Positions 41,031 through 53,201 of a stretch of DNA of 64,000 nucleotides are shown piece after piece. A model generated the notes under the pieces. The model was not told where the DNA came from and made no database searches. It worked only from the letters and a program-made list of their open reading frames with translations. The stretch spans positions 255,793 through 319,792 of the forward strand of contig CAVSBT010000015.1 in assembly GCA_963726245.1 (NCBI GenBank). Reading direction: 5' to 3'. Every line of letters starts with the position of its first letter. Position 1 is the stretch's first letter. The translations under genes were made by a program, and so were the position numbers. This DNA is from an uncultured Chloroflexia bacterium (GTDB taxonomy: Bacteria > Chloroflexota > Dehalococcoidia > DSTF01 > JALHUB01).

Positions 41031-42516
41031 ATGAGCAGTCGCGAGGACGAGTTCTACCAGCAGCGACAGGCCAAGCTGGCCCGCCTGCGCGAGCGCGGCA
41101 TCGACCCCTACCCGCCTCGCTACCGGCGCACTCACACCACCGCCGCGGCGTTGCAGGCTTTCCAGGCCTGGGAGGAAGCCGGCGCCGCCGAACCGTCGCC
41201 CGAGGTGCGGGTGGCGGGTCGCATTACGGCCATGCGCGACATGGGTGGCGCGACCTTCCTTGACCTTCGTGACGGCTCCGGCAAGCTCCAGGCCTACCTG
41301 CGAAGGGATACCCTGGGCGAGGAGACCTACGACGGCCTGCGCGACCTGGACCTGGGCGACTTCCTGGGCGTCGCAGGCAGCCTCTTCCGCACGCGCACCG
41401 GCGAGCTCACCGTCAACGTGCGAGAGCAGACGCTTCTCTCCAAGGCCCTCCTGCCCCCTCCCGAGAAGTGGCACGGCCTGGCGGACGTGGAGACCCGCTA
41501 TCGCCAGCGCTATCTGGATCTCATGGCCAACCAGGAGGTGCACGATCTCTTCGCGCTGCGCAGCCGGGTGGTCTCGGCTATCCGGGCGATTCATGGACGG
41601 TCGAGGCTTTCTGGAGGTGGAGACCCCGATTCTCCTGCCGGAGGCCGGCGGCGCCGCCGCCCGCCCCTTCGTCACCCACTACGAGGCCCTGGACCGCGAC
41701 TTCTACCTCCGCATCGCCACCGAGCTGCACCTGAAGCGGCTGATCATCGGCGGCTTTGACGGCGTATACGAGATTGGGCGCGTCTTTCGCAACGAGGGGC
41801 TCTCGACGAGGCACAACCCTGAGTTCACCCTCCTGGAGAGCTACCAGGCCTACGCCGACTACAACGACGTCGCCGCCATGGTGGAGGAGCTGGTGTCGCA
41901 GTTGGCACAGGAGCTGCTGGGCACCACCCGCGTCCCCAATGAGGGCGGCGAGCTGGAGCTCTCGCCCCCCTGGCGCCGGCTCACCGTCGTCGAGGGGCTG
42001 CGCCAGTACGCCGGGCTGGAGCTGGAGGAGCACTGGGAAGAGGCTTCGCTGCGCGCCGCGGTCGAGAAGATGGGCATCGAGGCGCCCCCGGACGCCGGCT
42101 GGGCGAAGCTGCTGGACGAGGTGCTGTCCACCCGCGTCGAGCCCCGCCTCATCGAGCCCACCTTCCTCATGGACTATCCGGCCGCCCTCTCTCCCCTGGC
42201 CAAGAAGAAGCCGGAGGACCCCCGCTTCGTGGAGCGCTTCGAGCCCTTTGTGGCCGGCCTCGAGCTGGGGAACGCCTACACTGAGCTAAACGATCCCCTG
42301 GAGCAGCGCGAACGCTTTCGGGAGCAGGCCCGTCGTCGCGCCGCCGGCGATGAAGAGGCGGAGATTGCCGACGAGGACTTCTTGCGCGCCCTGGAGCACG
42401 GCATGCCCCCCACCGGCGGCCTGGGCATCGGCATCGACCGGCTGGTGATGGTGCTCACAGGCCAGCGCGCCATCCGCCAGGTGATTCTGTTCCCACAACT
42501 GCGCCTCCGGGACTAG
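41031..42516 (+). CDS. lysS: Lysine--tRNA ligase (class II); frameshift near 41590
   Basis: RYRQRYLDL, GGAAARPF, FRNEG..HNPEFT, GMPPTGGLGIGIDRL. Confidence 0.96.
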
Positions 42517-42518
42517 CG

Positions 42519-43205
42519 ATGGCTGCTTCTGCCCTGCAGGGTAAGGTGACGGGCGGGCCCTTCCGAGCCGTCATCTTCGACATGGACGGCGTCATCGCCG
42601 ACAGCGAGCCCACCTACCGGGAGGCGATCAACCTGGTGCTGGCTCCGACGGGCCACCAGATGTCGGAGCGGCAGTACGAGGGCGTGATCGGCAGCAGCGT
42701 CCATGTCACCTGGAGCACGATCCTGGATACGTTCGGCATCGAGGGCGACGTCGAGGACTATGTCCCGCGCTACGACCGGGCCCTCGTCGAGCTGCTGCGC
42801 CGCCCGCTGCCGCCGCTGTCCGGCGTGCGCGAGCTGTTGGGGGAGCTGCGGCGCCGCCGTCTGCCCGCCGCGCTGGCCACCTCATCCTGGCAGCGCTGGG
42901 CGGAGGCGCTTCTCCAGGCCACCGGCCTGGACGGCGCGTTCGACGCCGTGGTCTGGCGGGAGATGGTGGAGCGCCCCAAGCCGGCGCCCGATCTCTTCCT
43001 GCGCGCCGCTGAGCTGGTGGGCGTCGATCCGGCTGGCTGCATAGTGCTGGAGGACACCGCACCCGGCCTGGAGGCGGCGAAGGCGGCGGGGATGCTCGCC
43101 GTGCAGGTGCGCTCGGCCAGCACAGCGCTGCCGCCGCAACCCCACGCCGACCTTGTGCTGGACAGCCTCGACGATTTCCCCCTCGCGCTGCTGGCGGAGG
43201 CCTGA
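42519..43205 (+). CDS. HAD family phosphatase (beta-PGM/CbbY-like)
   Basis: FDMDGVIADS, ATSS, KPAPD, LEDT. Confidence 0.9.
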   Translation: MAASALQGKVTGGPFRAVIFDMDGVIADSEPTYREAINLVLAPTGHQMSERQYEGVIGSSVHVTWSTILDTFGIEGDVEDYVPRYDRALVELLRRPLPPLSGVRELLGELRRRRLPAALATSSWQRWAEALLQATGLDGAFDAVVWREMVERPKPAPDLFLRAAELVGVDPAGCIVLEDTAPGLEAAKAAGMLAVQVRSASTALPPQPHADLVLDSLDDFPLALLAEA

Positions 43206-43308
43206 GGCGGAACGATCGAGAGCGCATGCTCCGCAGTTGCTCGCGACTGTCCGGCCGTTGTACGATCGCCGCGCGTGCCCGAGGGCGGTCGCCTTCTCGG
43301 AGAGAGCT

Positions 43309-44043
43309 GTGTCAGCTAAGATCTCAATCATCCCGGCAATGCTGTGTCTAGCCAGCGCATTCCTCGTCGCCGCCTGCGGTGGTGGCGGCGACTCCGGGGG
43401 GCGTCCCAACCTCGGCAAGATCCCCACTGCCACTGCCTTTGCCGTTCTGCCGGAGCCCACGATCCTCTCCGGCGGCGTGCCCGTCAGCACGGGTGGAGGC
43501 GGCGACACCTACGTGGTGGAGCCCGGCGATACGCTCATGAGCATCGCCGACAAGCTGGGCGTGCCCATCGACGATCTAATAAGCCTGAACGACCTGGCGG
43601 ACCCCAGCCACTTGGAAGTGGACCAGGTCCTGAAGGTGCCGCCGCGGAGCGGCGCAAGTCCGACTGCCGTCCCCAGCAAGCAGCCCACGCGCCAGGCGAC
43701 ACAGCCCACCCGCCAGGCGACGCGTTCCGCCACGGCCGGCTCGGACACATACGAGGTCGAGTCCGGCGACAACGCGGCCGACATCGCCGCCCGCTTCGGC
43801 GTCACTCTCCAGGAGCTCGCTGACGCCAACCACACGACCATCAATGAGCTGCGCTCCCTTGTCGTGGGACAGGTCCTCACCATCCCCCAGTTCTCGGGAC
43901 GCACACCGGTGCCGACCAGCACGCCCGAGCCTGAGGCGACAGCGACTGAGGCGCCCACCGAGGTTCCAGTCGAGGAGACGCCCGAGGCCACAGCCACGCC
44001 TGTCGAAGGGACCGGCGGCGGCGTGGAGACGCCTACGCCCTGA
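43309..44043 (+). CDS. Lipoprotein with two LysM domains
   Basis: Lipobox VAAC; YVVEPGDTL and YEVESGDN LysM repeats. Confidence 0.88.
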   Translation: MSAKISIIPAMLCLASAFLVAACGGGGDSGGRPNLGKIPTATAFAVLPEPTILSGGVPVSTGGGGDTYVVEPGDTLMSIADKLGVPIDDLISLNDLADPSHLEVDQVLKVPPRSGASPTAVPSKQPTRQATQPTRQATRSATAGSDTYEVESGDNAADIAARFGVTLQELADANHTTINELRSLVVGQVLTIPQFSGRTPVPTSTPEPEATATEAPTEVPVEETPEATATPVEGTGGGVETPTP

Positions 44044-44054
44044 GGGAGGGCGCC

Positions 44055-45605
44055 ATGTCCATGGAAGAGAAGCTGGAGCATCTGCTCAAGCTCAAGGAAG
44101 AGGCCAAGCTCGGCGGCGGTCTCAAACGTGTCGAAGCCCAGCGCGCCCGCGGCAAGCTGACGGCCCGTGAACGCCTCGACATCCTCCTCGACCCCGACAG
44201 CCTCGAAGAGATGGACACGCTGGTTCTCCACCGTGGGACCGACTTCGGCATCGACCGCCAGCGCTACCACGGCGACGCCGTGATCACCGGCTTCGGCAAG
44301 ATCGAAGGGCGCACCGTGTGTGTCTTCTCGCAGGACTTCACCGTCTTCGGCGGCTCGCTCTCCGAGGTCGTGGGACAGAAGATGTGCAAGCTGCTGGACC
44401 TGGCGATGAAGACCGGCTGCCCGGTCATCGGGCTCAACGATTCCGGGGGCGCGCGCATCCAGGAGGGCGTGGTCAGCCTGGCCGGCTACGCCGACGTCTT
44501 CCTGCGCAACACGCTCGCCTCCGGTGTCGTGCCGCAGATATCGGTCATCATGGGTCCCTGCGCCGGCGGTGCCGTCTACTCGCCCGCCATCACCGACTTC
44601 ATCTTCATGGTGCAGGGCACCTCTCAGATGTACATCACGGGCCCCGACGTGATTAAGGCGGTGACCCAGGAATCTGTGACCCACGAGGAGCTAGGCGGCG
44701 CGATGACGCACGCCACGCGCAGCGGCGTCGCCCACTTCGCCATCGCGGGGGAGGATGAGTGCCTCCAGGAGGTCAGGCGCCTGGTTTCCTTCCTGCCCCT
44801 AAACAACATGGAGGACCCTCCGCTGGTGGAGACCGGCGACGACCCCCAGCGGCGGTCCGAGGACCTGCTCACCATCATCCCTAACGACCCGAACAAGCCC
44901 TATGACATGCGGGAGATCATCTACCGTGTCATCGACAGCGGCGACTTCATGGAGGCGCATGCCAACTTCGCCCAGAACATCATCGTCGGCTTCGGCAGGA
45001 TGGCGGGCCGGACGGTGGGCATCGTGGGCAATCAGCCCCTCTACCTGGCCGGCGTACTCGACATCGACTCCTCGCGCAAGGTGGCCCGCTTCGTCCGCTT
45101 CTGCGACGCCTTCAACATCCCCATCCTTACCTTCGTCGACGTGCCGGGCTTCCTGCCGGGCACCGCCCAGGAGTTCGGCGGCATCATCAGCCACGGCTCC
45201 AAGGTGGTCTACGCCTACGCCGAGGCCACGGCGCCCAAGGTGACCGTCATCACCCGCAAGGCCTACGGCGGCGCCTACGACGCCATGAGCAGCAAGCACC
45301 TGCGCGCCGACATGAACTTCGCCTGGCCTTCGGGCGAGATCGCCGTCATGGGGCCGGACGCCGCGGTCAACATCATCTTCCGTAACGAGATCGAGCGGGC
45401 CGAGGACAAGGGGGCGACCCGTCAGCGCCTGATCGATGAGTACAAGGAGAAGTTCGCCAACCCCTACGTGGCCGCCGCCCTCGGCTACATCGACGACGTC
45501 ATCGACCCGCGGGAGACGCGTTTCAAGATCATCCGCGCCCTGGAGATCCTCCGCAACAAGACCGACTCCAACCCCCCCAAGAAGCACGGCAACATACCGC
45601 TGTAG
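44055..45605 (+). CDS. Acyl-CoA carboxylase carboxyltransferase subunit (PccB/MmdA-like)
   Basis: [41 protein letters not shown]. Confidence 0.94.
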   Translation: MSMEEKLEHLLKLKEEAKLGGGLKRVEAQRARGKLTARERLDILLDPDSLEEMDTLVLHRGTDFGIDRQRYHGDAVITGFGKIEGRTVCVFSQDFTVFGGSLSEVVGQKMCKLLDLAMKTGCPVIGLNDSGGARIQEGVVSLAGYADVFLRNTLASGVVPQISVIMGPCAGGAVYSPAITDFIFMVQGTSQMYITGPDVIKAVTQESVTHEELGGAMTHATRSGVAHFAIAGEDECLQEVRRLVSFLPLNNMEDPPLVETGDDPQRRSEDLLTIIPNDPNKPYDMREIIYRVIDSGDFMEAHANFAQNIIVGFGRMAGRTVGIVGNQPLYLAGVLDIDSSRKVARFVRFCDAFNIPILTFVDVPGFLPGTAQEFGGIISHGSKVVYAYAEATAPKVTVITRKAYGGAYDAMSSKHLRADMNFAWPSGEIAVMGPDAAVNIIFRNEIERAEDKGATRQRLIDEYKEKFANPYVAAALGYIDDVIDPRETRFKIIRALEILRNKTDSNPPKKHGNIPL

Positions 45606-45644
45606 AGAACAGGGAACCAGGGACTGAGGCTCAGTTCCGACTTC

Positions 45645-47682
45645 CTAGTTCCGAGTTCCTGCTGGAGTTGGAGAAACAGTACCCCCCCGTCTACCTAGCC
45701 TCCTCCTCCTCGCGTACCACCCTCCACCGGCAATGACGATAGCCCCCGCTGCCAGACCGCCCGCCAGCGCCGCGTAGTCGCCGGCCGACCAGCCGGAGCC
45801 GCCAGCCGATGCACCGGCCTCAGCCGAGGCTCCGGCAAGGGGCGGGAGCTCCGCTATGCCGCCGACCACCGGGGCCTGGGTGGGCGAGGGTGTCGACGTG
45901 CGCGTGGGGGTGCGCGTAGAGGTGCTCGTGATTGTTGGGCTGCGCGTGCGTGTGGGAGTGCGTGTGCGCGTCGGAGTGCGCGTGCGCGTGGGCGTGGGGG
46001 CGGCTATGGTTAGCCTGTCCGTGGCGGTGCTGGACACGTGGCCGAAGTTGTTGGTGGAGCGCGTGCCGAAGGTGTGCGTTCCATTGGCCACCGGCGATTG
46101 GGGCGTGAAGGTGTATGCCTCGCTTTCCTCGTCGAAGGCGCCGTCGCTGGGGACGACGCCGGCGCTGGTGAAGGCGCCGCTGTCCAGGTTCCACTGTGCG
46201 CCGGCCACTTTGGAGACTGCTGACAGGCGACGCCGTGCCGTAGTTCGTGCCGCCAAGCATTCGAGGCCCCTCCGGCGGCCAGGGAGTATTGCCGGCCGAA
46301 GCGGCGTAAGTGGGCGTGTTGTCGGAGGTAGGGTCAGGGGTATAGGGGGTCAGGGAGACGGTGGCGGTGCGCACCACGTCTACCACGAGCGGCGACCCTC
46401 CCGGATTTCGCCAGCCGATGGCGTCCCGCGCTGAGCTCGACACGTCTACTGACGGGTTCTGCTGCTCCGAGGCTTCCCCCATGATGGAGAAGTCCGTAGT
46501 GGTCCCGCCGTTGTTGCAGGACGCGTCGCTCGCGTTCAGGTAGCCCCAGGAGTCGGACGTGGAACAGCCGGAGGAAGCGTATTCGTCAAGGGCGCCGAAG
46601 ATGTGGCCGGTCTCATGGGCCGTCACCAGATTCATGAGGCCGATCCCCCAACCGTCGTTGTCGTACGTCATCACTAGAAAGGGGCCGTTGAGGTAGGCGT
46701 AGGCGAAGGAGCCGTCGGAGAACAGACCGTCGGCGTCGTTCAGGCTATCGACGACGAAGATGAGGTATCCCCAGTCGGCGCCCAGGGCCGTCCGGCGGGA
46801 GTCGGCGTAGGCGCGGGCTTCGGCCCAGTAGTTGCTCGGTGTGGCGTCTGGCCGCCCCAGGGCCTTCAAGACATCGGCGATCCACTTGCCCTCATCGCTG
46901 CTGGGCCGGGTGATCGGCTCGCAGGAGGTGGGCTGGCTCCCCTGGTTGTCCAGCGTAAAGGTCAAAGGGCTGGGCCTGTTGGAGCGGCCGGTCCAGAAGG
47001 CCAGGCCCTGGCTGATCTCGGATAGGACCGTGTTCTGGCGGCCCGCGTCCCAGTTCTCGGTCTGCGCGTCTGCCGGTGAGCAGTTGCCGGTTCCACCGCT
47101 GGATTCCACGAAGACCACGGTGTAGGCAACGGTGCCTGCCATGAACTCGCTGGTCTGGGTGGAGCTGGGAGCTGCCGGCGCCGTGCGAGCGCCCGGCGCC
47201 TCCGGCGGGGGGATCAGAAAGTCCGGCCCCGACCTCTCAGGTGGAGCCGCGGCCGGGGCGGCAGCGGCTATGGGGTCCGGCACTCCGCGGAAGACGGTGT
47301 TCCAGATATTGGCCGCCGTCTCCGCCTGTCCTCCCAGAGGCATGAGCGAGGCAGGGTCTACCACTCCCCTTTCGATGCGCGCCACGGCGGGAAGCTGGCT
47401 CAGCGCCGACTCCGCCTCGGGGTTGAGCGCTGCAACGAAGGCGTTGGGGGGATAAGCCTGAGGAACTTCTCCACCGTTGTTGCGGACGGCGGCGATGGCC
47501 GCCTGGAAGCTGCTTATGTCTAGCGTAGAGAGTATGACCAGCGCATCATCCTGGCTGCTTGGCGACGCGCCGTCGACCGGGCTGCCCTCTGCCACCCCGC
47601 GCGCGGAGCCCAAGAGAAGCCCGGCGAGCAGGATGCACGCTATCCCTGCACGTGCGGCCGCCCGGAACGTCCCAAGCATCAT
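45645..47682 (-). CDS. Secreted zinc metalloprotease with Thr/Pro linker and C-terminal membrane anchor; frameshift near 46225
   Basis: Signal peptide; AHETGHIFGALDEY; Met-turn SIM; PTRTRT repeats; VGGIAELP...WYARRR tail. Confidence 0.8.
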
Positions 47683-47767
47683 CACCACCCCCTTCGACGA
47701 CAGCACAGGCCGGGGCCGCCTCCATTCTACATGTGCTGTCAACATTCCTCCTCCTTAGCCTACGGCG

Positions 47768-47906
47768 TATAATAGGAATAGCTGATCCCCGATGTGCCTC
47801 AGCTCGGGCCCAACGGGTCGCCTCAGGCGACAGTCGCGAGCGAGGCGGGGAAAGACGAGCTCTCAGGAAAGGGCCCAAGCCGTCCGCCTGCTTCGGGCCT
47901 CTTTTT
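47768..47906 (+). promoter_or_regulatory. Structured leader with terminator-like hairpin before the TCA operon
   Basis: TATAAT at 47768; nested stems; GGGCCCAAGC...GCTTCGGGCCT followed by CTTTTT. Confidence 0.5.
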
Positions 47907-47964
47907 CCGCCCAACGGCAGACAGCCAGGCCGGAGCAGCGGCGGCTTCACTAGGAGGCCTGGAC

Positions 47965-49903
47965 ATGGGAAAGAGCCTTACCCGCAAGATCATCGAAGAG
48001 CACCTGGTCTCCGGCGAACCGAAGGCCGGCAACGAGATCGCCATCCGCATCGACCAGACGCTGACTCAGGACGCCACCGGCACCATGGCCTACCTCCAGT
48101 TCGAGGCCATGGGCCTCCCCCACGTTCGCACCAAGCTCTCCGTGAGCTACATCGACCACAACATGCTCCAGGCGGGCTTCGAGAACGCCGACGACCACCG
48201 CTTTCTCCAGAGCGTGGCCGCCAAGTACGGCATCTACTTCTCCCGGCCCGGCAACGGCATCTGCCACCAGGTGCACCTGGAGCGCTTCAGCGCCCCCGGC
48301 CAGACGCTCCTCGGCTCCGACAGCCACACGCCCACGTCGGGCGGCGTCGGCATGCTGGCCATCGGCGCCGGCGGCCTGGACGTGGCCGTGGCCATGGGGG
48401 GCGGCCCCTTCTACTTCGCGATGCCCAAGGTGGTGCGCGTGGAGCTCAAGGGCCGGCTCCAGCCCTGGGTCACCGGCAAGGACATCATCCTCGAGCTGCT
48501 GCGACGCCTGACGGTCAAGGGCGGCGTGGGGCGCATCTTCGAGTACGGCGGCGAAGGCGTCGACTGCCTGGAGGTGCCCGAACGCGCCACCATCACCAAC
48601 ATGGGCGCCGAGCTGGGGGCCACCACCTCCATCTTCCCCAGCGACGAGCGCACCCGCGAGTACCTGCGGGCCCAGGGTCGCGGCCAGACCTGGTCGCCCG
48701 CTTCGGCGCGACCCGGACGCCGAGTATGACGAGGTCGTGGAGATAGACCTAGCGACCCTGGAGCCCCTGGTCGCCCGGCCGCACAGCCCCGACAACGTGG
48801 TGCCGGTGCGAGAGGTGGCGGGCACGAAGGTGGCCCAGGTCTGCGTCGGGAGCTGCACCAACTCCTCCTTCCGCGACCTGATGACGGTAGCGACCGTGAT
48901 GCGCGGCAAGACGGTGCACCCTAACCTGAGCGCCACGGTCACCCCCGGCTCCCGCCAGGTCTTCAACATGATCGCCCGCAACGGCGCCCTGGCCGACCTC
49001 ATCGAGTCCGGCTTCCGCATACTGGAGTCGGCCTGCGGGCCGTGCATCGGCATGGGGCAGGCGCCGCCCACCGGCAGCGTCTCGGTGCGCACCTTCAACC
49101 GCAACTTCGCCGGGCGCAGCGGCAACCCCAACGACCAGGTCTACCTGTGCAGCCCGGAGGTGGCGGCGGCGACCGCCCTCATGGGCGTCGTCACCGACCC
49201 CCGCGACCTCGGCGACCCGCCCACGGTGGAGACGCCCGCCGGAGTTTCACATCGACGATGACATGATCATCCCGCCTTCCGACAAGCCGGAGGAGGCGGA
49301 GATCCTGCGCGGCCCTAACATCCAGCCCCTGCCCCTGGCCCAGCCGGTGGCGGAGAGCATCCGCGCGCCGGTCCTCCTCAAGGTGGGCGACAACGTCACC
49401 ACCGACCACATCATGCCGGCGGGGGCGCGCATCCTGCCCCTGCGCTCCAACATCCCCGCCATCTCCGAGTTCGTCTTCGAGCGGGTCGACCCCACCTTCC
49501 CGCAGCGGGCGAAGGAGGCGGGGCAGTCCATCGTGGTCGGCGGCAGCAACTACGGGCAGGGCTCCAGCCGCGAGCACGCCGCGCTGGCCCCCATGTACCT
49601 GGGCCTGAAGGCGGTCATCGTCAAGATCGTTTGCCCGCATCCACTGGAACAACCTCATAAACTTCGGTATTGTTCCCTTGACGTTCGCGAATGAGGCCGA
49701 CTACGACAAGGTGGATCAGGGAGACGAGCTGGAGCTGGTCGGACTACGAAAGGCCCTCAGCGACGGCAAGCCGGTGACGGTGCGCAACCTGACCAAGGGC
49801 AGCGAGTTCGCGGCCGAGCACAACCTGACGCCCCGCCAGGCGGAGATCACTGCTCGCCGGCGGGCTGCTGAACCACGTGAGGGCCGCAGCGGCAGCGGGC
49901 TGA
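47965..49903 (+). CDS. Aconitate hydratase (short AcnA-type); several frameshifts
   Basis: QDATGT, IDHN, GICHQ, GSDSHT, GSCTN, ACGPCIG, TTDHI, GQGSSREHA. Confidence 0.9.
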
Positions 49904-50011
49904 GAACCGGCCGGCGGGCGACCCAGGGCAGACGGGGCCAGCACCGGGTCCGGCAGACTTACGTCTGACGGACCACGCCTTTGACCACTTTCGGAGCAAA
50001 GGAAGAGCCTG

Positions 50012-51215
50012 ATGCACAAGCAGGCCATCGAACAGGCGAAGGAGCGCTTCGGAAAGATACTCGAGGAGCAGCTCGAGCGCGTCGAGCGCATGAAAGCGGG
50101 CGAGGACTGGGTCGACTACTCCACGCTCAAGCCCATCATCATCGGCGTCTGCTGGGGCGACGGCATCGGGCCCTACATCTCACAGCAGACCCAGCGGGTC
50201 CTCGAGTCCCTGCTCAAGCCCGAGCTGGAGAGCGGCAAGATCGTCTTCAGGACCATCGAAGGGCTGACCATCGAGAACCGCGCCAAGCACCACAAGGCCA
50301 TCCCCGACGACGTGCTGGAGGAGATCAAGCAGTGCCACGTCATCCTGAAGGCGCCCACCACGACGCCACGCAAGGGCGACCACTGGCCCAACATCGAGAG
50401 CGCCAACGTGGCCATGCGGCGCGACCTGGACCTCTTCGCCAACGTCCGGCCGGTGAGGGTGCCCGAGCAGGGCATCGACTGGGTCTTCTTCCGCGAGAAC
50501 ACCGAGGGCGCTTACGTCCTGGGCAGCAAGGGCATCAACGTCACCGACGACCTGGCCGTCGACTTCGTGGTCGACGACCAGCCAGGGGAGCGACCGCATC
50601 ATGCGCCTGGCCTTCGACTACGCCCGGAGGAACGGCATCAACAAGGTCACCGTCGTCACCAAGGCCAACGTCATCAAGGCCACCGACGGCAAGTTCCTGG
50701 ACATCGCGCGGGCCATCGCCGGCGAGTACCCGGAGGTGCAGTGGGACGACTGGTACATCGACATCATGACCGCCAAGCTGCTGGACGCCAAGCGGCGCAC
50801 CGAGTTCCGGGTCATCGTGCTGCCCAACCTCTACGGCGACATCCTCACCGACGAGGCGGCGGAGCTTCAGGGCGGCGTCGGCACGGCCGGCAGCGCCAAC
50901 ATCGGCAAGCGCTACGCCATGTTCGAGGCCATCCACGGCAGCGCGCCCCGCATGGTCAAGGAAGGCCGCGCCGAGTACGCCGACCCCAGCAGCCTCATCC
51001 GCGCCGGCGCCATGATGCTGAACCACATCGGCTTCACGGAGCAGGGCCGCAGGCTGGAGATGGCCCTGGACATCTGCGGCAACTTCGAGAAGAAGCTGGT
51101 GGTCAGCGGCCGGCCCAGCGGCGCCAAGGGGTCCGAGTTCGCCGACTACCTGCTGGAGACCCTGCAGGACCCCCGGCTCGAGGAGAGGTGGCAGAGCTAT
51201 CAGGCGCACGGCTAG
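50012..51215 (+). CDS. icd: Isocitrate dehydrogenase (IDH/IPMDH family); frameshift near 50590
   Basis: [44 protein letters not shown]; TCA context. Confidence 0.85.
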
Positions 51216-51244
51216 CGGGCGCAGAGCGGCGATCGGTTACGTGC

Positions 51245-51312
51245 GTTCGACAGGCTCAGCATGCCATACGCCTGGCGATCGCCCATTCAGCTCCCTGAGC
51301 CTGTCGAAGGGC
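51245..51312. repeat. TTCGACAGGCTCAG-type REP inverted pair
   Basis: TTCGACAGGCTCAG ... CTGAGCCTGTCGAA. Confidence 0.75.
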
Positions 51313-51381
51313 GGGCTTGAAGTGCTCTCGTCACTCGCCCCGCAAGCGGCCCAGAGACGACGAAAGGAAGGAACAGGAGAG

Positions 51382-52312
51382 ATGCCTCGCAGCAAGGTGA
51401 CTATCGCGGGCGCCGGCGCCACCGGCGGCAGCATGGCCCAGATCCTGCTCGAGAAGGGCTACTGCGACGTGGTGATGATCGACGTCATCGAAGGCATGCC
51501 GCAAGGGAAGGCCCTGGACCTGGCCCACGCCGGACCCCTCGTCGGGTCCGACGGCCGTGTGGTAGGCACCAACGCCTGGGAGGACACCGCCGGCTCCGAC
51601 GTCGTCGTGATCACGTCGGGCGTGCCCCGCAAGCCGGGCATGAGCCGCGAGGACCTGGTGAACACCAACGCCGGCATCGTCCGCGACGTGGCCACAAAAG
51701 GCCCTCAAGCACTCTCCCAACGCCATCATCATTGACTTCGCCAACCCCATGGACGCCATGTGCATGGTCATCAAGAAGGCCACCGGCCTGCCCCGCAACC
51801 GGCTGGTGGGCCAGGGAGGCATGCTGGACAGCACCCGCTACCGCACCTTCCTCGCCTGGGAGCTGGGCGTCTCGGTGAAGGACGTGCAGGGCTACGTCCT
51901 GGGCGGCCACACCGACGTCACCATGGTCCCCATCGTCAGCCGGACGGCGATAGGCGGCGTGCCGCTGCGCCAGTTGCTGTCCAAGGAGCGCATCGACGCC
52001 ATCGTCGACCGCACCCGCAAGGGCGGGACGGAGATCGTGGGGCTGCTGGGCACCAGCGCCTGGTACTCCCCCGCCTGGGCGACCATCGAGATGGTGGAGG
52101 CCATCCTCCTGGACCGCAAGCGGATCCTGCCCTGCGCCGTCTACCTGGAGGGCGAGTACGGCATCCGCGACGCCTACGTGGGCGTCATGGCCCAGTTGGG
52201 CGCCGGCGGCGTCGAGAAGGTGCTGGAGGTGGAGCTGGAGCCGGACGAGGTGGCCGGCCTCAAGAAGGCCGCCGAGGCGGTGGTCGAGCTGGCCGGCATA
52301 GTGAAGACATAG
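51382..52312 (+). CDS. mdh: Malate dehydrogenase (LDH-like); frameshift near 51700
   Basis: [30 protein letters not shown]. Confidence 0.92.
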
Positions 52313-52338
52313 CGGTTGCCTAGAAGGGACAGTCGTCA

Positions 52339-53185
52339 GTGAGGGATATCAACGTAAGTCAGATTACAGAGACGGTGGCCCGGCTCTTCCAGGACGCGAC
52401 CCACAACCTGCCGGACGACGTGCTGGCGAGCCTGCGTCGCGCCGAGAGCAGCGAGGAGTCGCCGCTGGCCAAGCAGGTGCTGGTCGAGATCCTGGACAAC
52501 GCCGACCTGGCCCGCCGCGAGCTGCTGCCTCTCTGCCAGGACACCGGCACGGCGGTCGTCTTCGCCGAGGTGGGGCAGGACGTCCACATCGTCGGCGGCA
52601 GCTTCGTGGACGCCATCAACGCCGGCGTGGCCAGGGGCTACACCGAGGGCTACCTGCGCAAGTCCATCGTCGACAAGCCGTTCTCCGCCCGCAGCAACAC
52701 CAAGGACAACACGCCGCGCCGTCATCCACACGGAGATCGTGCCCGGCGAGGGGCTGAAGCTCACCGTGATGCCCAAGGGCGGCGGCTGCGAGAACATGAG
52801 CCGCTTCGCCGTGCTCCTGCCGGGCGCGGGCAAAGAGGGCATCACCGACTTCGTCCTGCGCACCGTCGAGGAGTCCGGCGGCAACCCCTGCCCGCCGGTC
52901 ATCGTGGGAGTCGGCATCGGCGGCTCGGCGGAGTACTGCATGACCATGGCCAAGAAGGCCCTCACGCGACGCGTGGGCGACCTCAGCCCGGACGAGGAGA
53001 CCGCCCAGTTCGAAGAGGAGCTGCTGACGAAGGTGAACGCCCTGGGCCTGGGGCCGCAGGCCGTCGGCGGGCGCAACACCGCCCTCGCCGTCCACATCGA
53101 GACCTTCCCGACCCACATCGCGGCCCTGCCCGTGGCCGTGAACCTGCAGTGCCACAGCGCCCGCCTCAAGTCGGCGGAGCTGTAG
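52339..53185 (+). CDS. Fe-S fumarate hydratase alpha subunit; frameshift near 52715
   Basis: CQDTG, GYLRKS, KGGGCEN, NPCPP, QCHSAR. Confidence 0.9.
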
Positions 53186-53201
53186 GAGAGAGGACGACAA
53201 C

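Noticed and set aside
45880-46000. GTGCGC microsatellite as a phase-variation tract
   Set aside because: It encodes an in-frame PTRTRT linker in 6/18-nt units, so slippage would not switch expression
47855-47870. Glycine riboswitch call from CTCTCAGG
   Set aside because: The GGAGA and CCGAAG core elements are not evident; kept only as an unknown leader
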